64,000 nt of DNA from Okamejei kenojei (GCA_035221665.1 CM069148.1:49848001-49912000), one strand, 5' to 3'; counted from the stretch's first letter, positions 50,401 through 61,514 are shown. Made by a program: numbers and translations. The notes: a model not told the origin generated them from the letters alone.

Positions 50401-53400
50401 GTTTATTTATTTATTTTTTAAATAATTTTTATTAGAAGTCATATACAATAGGGTACATTAAGAGTAATACAATACATTTCATATACAACTGTTTTTGAAT
50501 TTAATAATAAAAAAGTAATATAAGCAAAAAGAGAGAAAAAGAAAGTTAGGTAAGGTGGTGAAAGTGATAGTTCGTGAAAAGTACAAGAAAAAGAGAGAAA
50601 CAAGAGATATAAAATTAAAAAATAAAAGGAAGATAAAGTGGAAGGGATATACCTACTTTGTATCTTTGCGCACCCCTGTTCTGAAACAGTTTATTTTCAG
50701 GATTATGTTGCACCATATGCTTGTAATAAATCGATAAAGGGAGACCAAATCTTTAAGAATTGGTCTGATTTGCCAGCTTGGACGAATCTCATATCTTCTA
50801 GGTCCAATTCAGACATGTTTGAAATCCACATTTTAAGCGTTGGTGTTGGTGCATTTTTACAGAATGTTAATATAAGTTTTTTTGCCATTATTAAGCCATA
50901 GTTAAGGAAACTCTCTTGGAACGAAGCTCAAAGCTGGTCTCCATTGTTCCAAAGATAATCAATTCTGCATTGGAGTTAATTTCTGTTTTAAATACTTTTG
51001 TAAATATTTTCGAAAATTTCATTCCAAAATTTGTGAAGTTTTATGCAAAGGACAAAAGAGTGTGCTATAGTTGCATCTTGAGATAAGCATTTATCACAGA
51101 TGGGCGAGACATTTAGAAATATTTTATTCAATTTCGTTTTTGAGTAATATAATCTATGTAATATTTATGTACATATAGCAAATATTTATCCCATCTGTCT
51201 TTCGGGATAGTTATAGATAATTCTTGTTCCCAGTCTCTTCCGATTGCATCAGATGGTGGTATCTCTATGTTTAAAATAATATTATACAAATATGATATTA
51301 AATTAGTAGAATCTGCCTTTCTGTTCATAGCTTCATCTAGTATATCTGAAGTCAAAGTTTTATGTTCTTTTGTATGTGTTTTCAAGTAGTCACGGATTTG
51401 AAGATATTTAAAGTACTGATTACTTTTCAGGTTATATTTAAGTTGTAGTTGTTGGAATGATAAAAGATTTCCCATTTCATACATTTCTCCTTTAATTCCT
51501 ATTCTTTCCCAGTGTCTAAACGTTTTATCGATAGTAGATGGTTTAAACAACGATTAACAATAGGAGAGAGACGTGATAGATTTCTTAATTTATCTATTTT
51601 GACACCTGGAAATATGATGTTGTGGCAATCAGTGAAACATGGTTGCAGGAGGGCTGTGATTGGAAACTAAATATTCCAGGATTTCATTGCTTCAGGTGTG
51701 ATAGAATTGGAGGGACCAAAGGGGGAGGTGTTGCATTGCTTGTCAGTGAAGATATTACAGCAGTGCTTTGGCAGGATAGATTAGAGGGTTCGTCTAGGCA
51801 GGCTATTTGGGTGGAACTGAGAAGTGGGAACGGTGTAGCAACACTTTTAGGGGTGTATTATAGTCCGCCAAATGGGGAGCGTGAATTGGAAGAGCAAATA
51901 TGTAAGGAGATAGCAGATATTAGTAGTAAGCACAAGGTAGTGATTGTGGGAGATTTCAATTTTCCAAAAATAGACTGGGAAACACATTCTGTAAATGGGC
52001 TGGATGGTTTGGAGTTTGTAAAATGTGTGCAGGATAGTTTTTTGCAGCAGTACATAGAGATATCGACCAGAGAAGGGGCAGTGCTGGACCTCCTGTTAGG
52101 AAATGAGGCAGGGCAGGTGACGGAGGTATGCGTTGGTGAGCACTTCGGGACCAGTGATCACAATACCATTAGTTTCAATATAATTATGGAGAGAGTCAGA
52201 ACTGGACCTAGGATGGAGATTTTTGATTGGAGAAAGGCTAACTTTGAGGGAATGCGTAAGGATTTTAAAGGAGTGAATTGGGACACTTTGTTTCATGGGA
52301 AGGATGTAGAAGAGAAATGGAGGACATTTAAAGGGGAAATTGTAAGAGTACAGAATCTTTATGTCCCTGTTAGGTTGAAAGGAAATAGAAAATTGGAAAG
52401 AGCCATGGTTTTCAAGGGAAATTGGACACTTGTTTCGAAAAAAGAGAGATCTCTACAATAATTATAGGAGGCATGGAGTAAATGAGGTGCTAGAGGAGTA
52501 TAAAGAATGTAAAAAGAATCTTAAGAAAGAAATTAGGAAGGCTAAAAGAAGATATGAGGTTGCTTTGGCAAGAAAGGTGACAGTAAACCCAAAGGGTTTC
52601 CACAGCTATATTAATAGAAAAAGGATAACGAGGGATAAAATTGGACCATTAGAGAACCATAATGGACAGCTATCTGCAGAGCCAAAAGAGATGGGGGAGA
52701 TATTGAACAATTTCTTTTCTTCGGTATTCACCAAGGAGAAGGATATTGAACTCGGTGAGTTAAGGGGAAAGAGTAGAGTAGCTATGGAAACTATGAGATT
52801 CAAAGAGGAGGAAGTACTGACACTTTTGAAAAATATAAAAGTGGATAAGTCTCCAGGTCCTGACAGGATATTCCCTAGGACATTGAGGGAAGTTAGTGTA
52901 GAAATAGCAGGAGCTATGACAGAAATATTTCAAATGTCATTAGAAACGGGAATAGTGCCGGAGGATTGGCGTACTGCGCATGTTGTTCCATTGTTTAAAA
53001 AGGGTTCAAAGAATAAACCTAGCAATTATAGACCTATTAGTTTGACGTCAGTGGTGGGCAAATTAATGGAAAGGATACTTAGAGATAATATATATAAGCA
53101 TCTGGATAAATAGGGTCTGATCAGGAACAGTCAACATGGATTTGTGCCTGGAAGGTCATGTTTGACAAACCTTCTTGAATTTTTTGAAGCGGTAACTAGG
53201 GAAATTGATGAGGGTAAAGCAGTGGATGTTGTCTATATGGATTTCAGTAAGGCCTTTGACAAGGTTCCCCATGGAAGGTTTGTTAAGAAGTTTCAATCTT
53301 TGGGTGTTAATGGCGGAGTAGCAAGATGGATTCAACAGTGGCTGAATGGGAGATGTCAGAGAGTAAATGTGGATGGCTGTTTGTCAGGTTGGAAGCCGGT

Positions 53401-54859
53401 GACCAGTGGGGTGCCTCAGGGATCTGTGTTGGGTCCACTGTTGTTTGTCATGTACATCAATGATCTGGATGATGGGGTGGAAAATTGGATAAGTAAGTAT
53501 GCAGATGATACTAAGATAGGTGGTGTTGTGGATAATGAAGTAGATTTTCAAAGTCTACAGAGAGATTTGGGCCATTTGGAAAAGTGGGCTGAAAGATGGC
53601 AGATGGAGTTTAATGCTGATAAGTGTGAAGCGCTACATCTTGGCAGGACAAATCAAAATAGGACGTACATGGTAAATGGTAGGGAATTGAGGAATGCTGT
53701 GGAACAGAGGGATCTAGGAATAACTGTGCATAGTTCCCTGAAGGTGGAATCGCATGTAGATAGGGTGGTAAAGAAAGCCTTTGGTGTGCTGGCCTTTATA
53801 AATCAGAGCATTGAATATAGGAGTAGGGAAGTAATGTTAAAATTGTACAAGGCATTGGTAAGACCAATTCTGGAGTATGGTGTACAATTTTGGTCGCCTA
53901 GTTATAGGAAGGATATCAACAAAATAGAGAGAGTACAGAGGAGATTTACTAGAATGTTGCCAGGGTTCCAGCAACTATGTTACAGAGAAAGGTTGAACAA
54001 GTTAGGTCTTTATTCTTTGGAGCGCAGAAGGTTAAGGGGGGACTTGATTGAGGTCTTTAAAATGATGAAAGGGATAGACAGAGTTGACGTGGATACGTTT
54101 TTCCCATTGAGGGTAGGGAAGATTCAAACAAGAGGGCATGACATGAGAATTAAGGGACAGAGGTTTCGGGGTAACGTGAGGGGGAACTTCTTTACTCAGA
54201 GGGTGGTGGCTGTGTGGAATGAGCTTCCAGCAGAAGTCGTGGAGGCAGGATCGATTTTAACATTTAAGAGTAAAGTGGTATATAGGTATATAGACGTGAA
54301 GGGAATGGAGGGGTATGGTCTGAGTGCAGGTAGATGGGACTAGGGGAAAACAAATGGTCGGCACGGACTGGAAGGGCCGAGAGGGCCTGTTTCCGTGCTT
54401 TAATTGTTATATGGTTATATGGTTAATTTGAAAGTTAATTTTATTTGTTTCCACGTTCGTATTGTACGATGAATAATTGGATTTTCCTTGTATATTATTA
54501 TTCAGTTTTATCGGTGAGAGAAGGATCACTCCTATATTAAAAGGAGAGCAGTCCTCTCTCTCCATTGCTATCCAATCTATCTGCTGGGCAGAATTGTCCA
54601 ACAAATACTTATAGTCCCATATGAAATTTGTGATATCAGAGTCAAGTTACAAAAAAAAAAAATTAGGTCATTATATTGGTATTGATTGAAATAGATATAA
54701 GATTTGTGGCAGAAAAATCATTTTTATGACACTTATTCTGCCTATTAAAGACATCGGTAGTGTTTTCCAAAATTTAATCATAGCATTTAATTTGGTAAGT
54801 AAGGGCATATAGTTTGATTGAATAAAGATTTATATTTTCTAGTAATTGAATACCCAGAT
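50401..54859 (-). mobile_element. L1-clade LINE 3' portion, interrupted by a CR1
   Basis: 10-bp TSD actttgtgtt at 50391-50400 and 54860-54869. T-rich tail on + at 50401-50430. ORF2 C-terminal remnants at 51128-51550 and 50703-50888. Confidence 0.85.
51600..54424 (+). mobile_element. CR1 subfamily A with nearly complete ORF2 (APE endonuclease plus RT)
   Basis: ORFs 51622-52461, 52430-53113 and 53144-54343 are separated by one frameshift and one stop. YADD motif and ttatatgg tail. Confidence 0.95.
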
Positions 54860-54960
54860 ACTTTGTGTTTTGAAAACATTTGGATCATGTGTAATGATCT
54901 AAATTTCTACTTGAAGCAAACATTCAAAATACAGTAACTATTGGAAATGAAGACTTTTAC

Positions 54961-54993
54961 CTTTATCGACATCATTTTCTATTTTGCCATAAC
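54961..54993 (-). CDS. Microexon m1 (33 nt): GYGKIENDVDK
   Basis: Minus strand reads ttttattctgcag|GTTATGGCAAAATAGAAAATGATGTCGATAAAG|gtaaaag. Phase 1-1, in frame with exon C. Confidence 0.8.
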
Positions 54994-55039
54994 CTGCAGA
55001 ATAAAAAAAGAGCTTAATTAAACCTGATGTTCTGGATTC

Positions 55040-55500
55040 AGTCCTGGGTTCGATCCCGACCTCGGGTGCAGTCTGCGTGGAGTTTGCATGTTCTCCCTGT
55101 GATCACGTGGGTTTCCTCCCACATCCCAAAGACGTATAGGTTTGTACGTCTATTTTCCTTGTATTTACAGAGGTATTGGCCCTCTGTAAATTGTCCCTAG
55201 TGTGTAGGGAGTGGATGAGAAAGTGGGATAACATAGAAGTAGTGTGAACGGGTGACTGATGGCCGGCGTGGACTCGGTGGGCCGAAGGGCCTGTTTCAAT
55301 GCTGTATCAACCAATGTAGAAATGTAGTGCAACATATAAATATAAAATATAAAAGGTTTTTTCCGGGTGCTCCGGTTTCTTCCCAAGCTCCAAAGGTTAG
55401 TCGGTTAATCGGCTGCAGTCCCCAGTGTAGGATAGTGCTATGGTACGGGGTGATCGCTGGTCGGCACAGACTCGGTGACCCGACGGGCCTGTTTCCTGTA
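55040..55500 (+). mobile_element. Two V-SINE fragments
   Basis: gggttcgatccc B-box, V core and gggccgaagggcctgttt tails. Confidence 0.7.
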
Positions 55501-56170
55501 CAAAGAATAGTACACTACAGGGACTGTCCCTTCGGCCCACAATGTCTGTGCTGAACTTGACGCATTGATAAACTAGTCTCCTTTGCCTGCATGTGATCCA
55601 TATTCCTCCATTCCCTGTGCCTAAAATATTCAAAAGCTTCATGAACGCTGCTATTGTACCTCCATGTTCCAGGTACCCATGTAGCAAACTTGCCCTGCAC
55701 ATCACCGTTAACTTAGCCCACCTCACTTTTAAAGCTATACCCTCTAGTCTTTGACATTTCCACCCTGGGGAAAAAGGTTTTGACTGTCTACCCCATTATT
55801 ATTTTATATACTTCTATCAGGTCTCCCTTCAGACTCTGGCGTTCCAGAGAAAACAATTCAAGTTTGTCCAACCTCTCCCTTTAGCAGAAACCCACTAAAC
55901 TAAGCAACATTTTGATAAAAAAAGACACAAAATGCTGGAGTAACTCAGTGGGACAGGCAGCATCTCTGGAGAGAAGGACTGAACAAGGGTCTCCATCCGA
56001 AATGTCACCCATTCCTTCTCTCCAGAGATGGAGTTACTCCAGTATTTTGGGTCTATCTTCGGTTTAAACCAGCACCTGCAGTTCCTTCCTTTGATAAACC
56101 TCTTCTGCGTCTTTTCTACATCCGTCTTATGATATGATGTGGCTGCAGATTTTACTGCAACAATATTCAC

Positions 56171-56503
56171 CTTTTAATTTTAAAGTGTAACTGGTAGCGA
56201 TGGCGGTGCTTGAAGTTTCAGAATGAAGGACTTTCATCTTAAATTCTTTTCCATGATCATCAGCAGCTGGTGTGAATTTCCACTTGGATGAACATGAATA
56301 GGAACCATTCTCTGTGTCCAGTTCAATTGGTCCCAGAGTAATTCCTGCTTTGAATAGATCTTCGATTTTTTCAAATTCTTTGAACCAGAATATTGAATTT
56401 CCTTCAGGATAGAACCCGTAAGCTTTGCAGGAGAGTGTTACTTCCTTTCCCATTTCGGGGCAAAGTGGATCGACCTCAATTGCTGTAAGCTTTGGCAATG
56501 AAG
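56171..56503 (-). CDS. Host gene internal exon C: Ig C1-set domain lacking the F-strand Cys (ASLPKL...LSCKAYGFYP...IFW...GSYSCSS...EFKMKVLH)
   Basis: Acceptor cccttttctccag and donor G|gtgaat flank 333 nt, phase 1-1. C1 motifs are present, but Met replaces the second canonical Cys. Confidence 0.9.
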
Positions 56504-56659
56504 CTGGAGAAAAGGGGAAAAAAAGGTTAATCTGAACGTGTAATTTAAAGAACACTAGAATTCAGAGAAATATTAACAAAAAATTGAGAAAACAAGGGAT
56601 GAAACATTGAAAGTTCTGAGGAACCATCTGGGTCTTTCTATCTGTTTTGTACCACAAAA

Positions 56660-57912
56660 CGCAGATAGATAAGGTGGTCAAAAGGGTCATTGGCCCATTG
56701 GCCTTCATCAGTCAAAGTATTGAGTATAGAAGTTGGGAGGTCATGCAGTTGTATAAGACGCAAGTCGTGCAGTTGGTGAGGCCACATTTTGAGTATTGTG
56801 TTCTGTTCTGGGCACCATGTGATATTAAAGATATTGTCAAGCTTGAAAGGATTCAGAGAAGATTTATGAGGATGTTGCCAGGACTAGAGGGTCTGAGCTA
56901 TAGGGAGAGGTTGATTAGGCTGGGACTCTATTCCTTGGAGTGCAGATGCTGGGCCCGTTGCTGTTTGTCATCTATATCAATGATTTAGAGGAGAACACAT
57001 AGTAAGATTAACAAGTTTGCAGATGATACTAAAGTTGGTGGTTTTGCAGATACTGAAGATGGTAGCAGGTTGTTGATCGATTGGCCAGGTGGGCTGAGGA
57101 TTGGTTGACGGAATTTAATACGGAGAAATGTGAGTTGTTGCATTTTGGGAAGTATAACATGAGCAGGACCAAAACAGTGAATGGTCGGGCTCTGAGAAGT
57201 GTTGTAGAGCAGAGGTGTCTAGGAGTTCAGGTGCAAGGTTACTTGAAGGTGGTCGCAGGTAGATTGTGTGGTCAAAAAGGCTTTTGACACATTGGCCTTC
57301 ATTAGTCAGAGTATTGAATATAGAAGTTGGTAGGTCATGTTGCAATTGTATACAAGTTGGTGAAGCCGCATTTAGAGTATTGTGTTCTGTTCTGGGCACC
57401 AGGTTACAAGAAAAATGTTGGCAAGTTGGAAAGGGTACACAGAAGGTTTACGAGGACGTTGCCACAACTAGAGGGTCTGAGCTATAGGGAGATATTGAGC
57501 AGGCTGGGACTTTATTCCTTGGAGTGCAGGAGGATGAGGGGGATCTTATCGAGATGTATAAAATCAAGAGAGGAATAGATCGGGTAGATGCACAGAGTTT
57601 CTTGCCCAGAGTGGGGGAATCGAGGTCCAGAGGACCTAGGTTCAAGGTGAAGGGGAAAAGTTTTAATAGGAATCTGAGGGGTAACCTTTTCACACAAAGG
57701 ATGGTGGGTGTGTGGCACAAGCTGCCAGAGGAGGTAGTTGCGGCCGGTACTAATGCAACGTTTAAGAAACAATTGTACAAGTACATGGATGGGACAGGTT
57801 TGGAGGGATATGGACCATACGCGACTGGCGGGACCAGTGTGGCTGGGACATGTTGGCCGGTGTGCTCAAGTTGGGCCAAAGAGCCTCTTTCCACACTGTA
57901 TCACTCTATGAC
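56660..57912 (+). mobile_element. Older rearranged CR1 ORF2 3' fragments
   Basis: LVRPHFEYC, FADD and YRERL..LGLYSLE motifs, with a ctatga tail. Confidence 0.8.
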
Positions 57913-57982
57913 TCTATCTCATGGAATGGCTTTTCAAGAGTCAAGAGAGTGATTGTCATATATACCAAAATGGAAAGGCTTA

Positions 57983-58476
57983 AGGGGCTGTCCCACTGCG
58001 GCGACCTAATCTGCGAGTTTAGACAAGTTTGTTCGACATGTGGTCCTAGGAGGTCCTATGAGTTCACTGGAACTCTCCTTCATGCTCGAGGGAAGTTCCA
58101 GAATACTCGCGGCCTCAGCTAGGTTGCGGAAATTTTTTCAGCATGTTCAAAAATGTGCCGCGAGTATAATTTGGTCGGCATGCTTCTTAACTCGTAGTGC
58201 AGTGGAGTGGACTTGTTATTTAGTTACAGGCAGTCGAGGGCAGCCCTTCGCTGACCGGGCATTTTGATTGGCTCATTGGAGTTTTTCAGACTAGGGAAAA
58301 CCGACTGGTAGGTTAAATGCATGCTAAACTTTATTATAATTCTTAAAAGTGTCTCCACTCCTTCTCCCCCTCCGTGCTCTCTAAAGGACTTACCGTACGC
58401 TATGCAGCGTCCTTTACCTGCCTCTTCATCGCGGGTGTGAATTTCAGACAGCGCTCCCCGCTTTCCCTGGCCCCCG

Positions 58477-58520
<44 letters not shown>

Positions 58521-58625
58521 ACAGTCGATCCAGCTCGAGGTTTCCCAGGCGAGTGCCCTCGAGCATGAAGGTCGAAGGCACTCTTCTTAACTCGCGGATT
58601 AGGTCGCTGTAGTGGGCCAGCCCCT
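57983..58625. mobile_element. PIF/Harbinger-type MITE containing a (GT)n microsatellite (~58478-58519)
   Basis: ~37-bp imperfect TIRs aggggctgtcccactgcggcgacctaatctgcgagtt / aactcgcggattaggtcgctgtagtgggccagcccct, flanked by TTA on both sides. Confidence 0.75.
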
Positions 58626-58737
58626 TTACTGTATCTGCAGCAGCATAACGGGTCCGTAAACCCAGTACTCAATAAGTAAACAAAACAACAAACATCAATA
58701 TTTGAGATTTCACTCTAAATACCAGAGGTGCACACAA

Positions 58738-58825
58738 ATAGCCACACACACATAGCCACACACACACATAGCCACACACATGCACATAGCCACACATAGC
58801 CACAAAAAGCCACACGCACACATAC
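58738..58825. repeat. (cacatagcca)/(ca)n compound microsatellite
   Basis: Direct inspection. Confidence 0.8.
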
Positions 58826-59369
58826 AGATTAATCTGTCTGAAGAAGGCTTCTGACCCACAAAGTCCCCTGTCCATTCCCTCCACAGATGCTGTGTGACAT
58901 GTTGGGTTACTCAAGCACTTTGTGTTTCACTTTTCAATGACTGTGGATAAAAATAATACATTAGATAAATTTAGTGGTTTTCTCTGGAACGGCAGTGATT
59001 GTGAGGAGACCTGATAGAGGTACATTATATCGGGAGAGGCATAGATAGGGTAGACAGTCAGAGCCTGTGTCTGGGAAAAAAAAGGATAGAAAAATCAAAT
59101 ACTAGAGGCCTTAGTTTTAAGGTGAGAGGGGCAAATTTTAAAGATGTGTGGGTCCATTTTTTTAATATAGAAGGGGGTGAGTGTCTGGAACGCATTACTG
59201 GGTATGGTGGTTGAGGCAGAAAGGATAGTGGCATTTAATAGACTTTGGATAGGCACATGGATATGGAGGGATATGGATTATGTGCATGCAGATGAGTGGG
59301 CCAGACATTGTGGGTCGAGCGGTTGTGCCATACTGTTCTACGTTCTATATCATTAGATAATTCATACGT

Positions 59370-59730
59370 TCATAAGTTATAGGAGCATAATTAGGCCATT
59401 CAGCCCATCTAGTCTACTTTGCCATTCAATCATAGTTGATCTATCTTTCCCTCTCAACCCAATTCTGCTGCCTTCTCCCCATAACCCCCGACACCCGTAC
59501 TAATCCACCATCCGTACTAATGAAGAATCTGCCAATCTCCGCTTTAAAAATATCCATTGATTTGACCTTCACCACCATTGGTGGCAATGAATTCCACAGA
59601 TTCACCACCCTCTGACTAAATAAATTCCTCCTCATCTCCTTCCTAAAGGTATGTGCTTTTATTCTGAGGCTGTGGCCACTGGTCCTCGACTTTCCCACTG
59701 GTGGAAACATCCTCTCCACTTTAACTCTAT
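59370..59730 (-). mobile_element. CR1 3' fragment (similar minus-strand fragments at ~60510-60915 and ~8530-8745)
   Basis: Translation FSQRVVNLWNSLP plus the 3' UTR. Confidence 0.75.
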
Positions 59731-59806
59731 CCATAATAAATTACCAACTGAAGACTGTTTAAGAAGTTCAGATGAAAGCAGTCTTGGCTTAAACGTTGTT
59801 ACATAC

Positions 59807-60115
59807 CCATTTCACCTGCAACCCAATCAGTGTGCAATGGCTCAGTCAGGCTGAGATGGGACACTTGGCATGTATATTTGGCTGTTGCCCCAGCCCTGGT
59901 GGGGACTATCTCCACGTCACTTGCCACATTATAGAGACCATCCTGACCAATTATTGGCTCAGCAACTTTGAAATTTTGCAACGTCTCTTCATTTTTCAGC
60001 CATTTCACTGTGATGTCTCTGGGGTAAAACGCATTTATTTGACAGCTTATCGTCATGGGTACACCAGCAATTATCTTCTCTGCTTTGCACTTTATTAAGT
60101 CCACTTTTGGAATGG
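59807..60115 (-). CDS. Host gene internal exon B: canonical Ig C1-set domain (AIPKV...ISCQINAFYPRDITVKW...DGLYNV...YTCQVSH)
   Basis: Acceptor ttttttatttcag and donor G|gtatgt flank 309 nt, phase 1-1. FYP, W and YTCxVxH motifs resemble tapasin/B7-H6/SIRP/MHC-type C1 domains. An alternative in-frame donor G|gtgaaa would end the exon at 59816. Confidence 0.92.
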
Positions 60116-61010
60116 CTGAAATAAAAAACAAGACTTCAAACACAAGCCAAGATAGCAAGGCCCCGACCCAAAACGTCACCCATCCTTTTCTCCAGAGATG
60201 CTGCCTGACCCGCTGAGTTACTCCAGCACATTGTGCCTATCTTTGGTATAAACCAGCGTCTGCAGTTCCTTGTTTCTATATTCAAACACAAGCAGTTTCG
60301 CAAAACTATGGATTAGATGTTTGGCTTTTCCATGATCAATGGCCAGAAACGCAATCACCCATGTTTTTGAAAACTATGAAAAAGACACATATAATTTTTG
60401 AAAAATGAATTACTTCATTAACCCCAATACAATTGTATCCTATTATTGTTTTTGTTTTTTTTTCAAAACAATTCTAAATCATTCCCCTTGTAAAAGGCAG
60501 TATAGAAGGCAGTATTAGGCCATTCAGTCCATCGACTCAATTCCGCCATTCAATCATGGTAGATCTATTTTCCCTCTCAACCCCATTCTCCTGCCTTCTC
60601 CCCATAACCTTTCACACTATTACTAATCAAGAACCTATAAATCCCAACTTTGAAAAACCCAATTGGCTTCCACAGCTGTCTGTAGCAATGAACTCCACCG
60701 AGTCACCAACCTCTGACTAAAGAAATTCCTCCTCATCTCCATTCTAAAGGTACATCCTTTTACTCTGAGCCTGGTCCTGGAGTCTCACATTAGTGGAAAC
60801 ATCTTTTCTACATCCACTCTATCCAGGCCTTTCATTATTCAGTAAGTTTCATTGAGATCCCCCCCTCGTCCTCCTAAACTCCAGCGAGTACAGACCCAGA
60901 GCCTTCAAACGCACTGCGTACATTAATGGTTGTGGTATGATATTTAAGACAAATAAGTAGGCACTCTGCATCCTCTGTCAATGCAAGGCTTAGATGGAAG
61001 TATTATATAC

Positions 61011-61388
61011 CTGCAATCATTAACTTGATTTCTCTCTCCTGGTCACTGGTGCCGCTGTGATGTACTTTACATGTGTAAAGCGAGTCTTGATCTTGCTGTA
61101 TATCAGGCACTATCTCAAGTTCACTAGTGATGCTGTAGGATTCATCATCATGCTTCATCTCACTGATGTAATGTTTATATGTGGACATCTCCCCGTCACC
61201 ACCGTGAATAATTGTCCTGTTGTCCTCCTCCATTCGAACTATTTCTTCCGCCTCCATGTTCTTTCTCTTTCGTTGCCACGTGATACGTAAAGGCCTTGGT
61301 TTAAACCCAGTGACTGAACAGATCAAAGATGCAGATTTATTGTGAATGATGCAAGAGGGTTTGAAGATGTTTAAAACCTTGGGTGGCA
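61011..61388 (-). CDS. Host gene internal exon A: Ig C1-set domain with a long acidic insertion (VPPKV...LICSVTGFKP...ITW...LYTCKVHH)
   Basis: Acceptor ttttattttctcaaag and donor G|gtatat flank 378 nt, phase 1-1. The translation has B-strand Cys, GFxP, C-strand Trp and YxCxVxH, the C1-set signature. Confidence 0.9.
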
Positions 61389-61514
61389 CTTTGAGAAAAT
61401 AAAACAAACAAATCAACTAGTTGAAATTCACAAAAGCAAGATAATATTACATTACTGTGTGAATTATCCATGACTGAATCGACTGATGAGAGAATCTCCT
61501 AAAAGAGTTAAGGT

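Noticed and set aside
16142-54993. CRISPR-like or prokaryotic repeat array
   Set aside because: The context is eukaryotic. The repeats are splice-site-flanked exons within duplicated units, not repeat-spacer arrays.
56171-61388. Immunoglobulin heavy chain (IgW/IgNAR/IgM), TCR or MHC locus
   Set aside because: The domains start with PKV/PKL and look more like tapasin/B7-H6/SIRP C1 domains. No secretory tailpiece, TM exon, V/J segment or RSS was seen, so no gene symbol was assigned.
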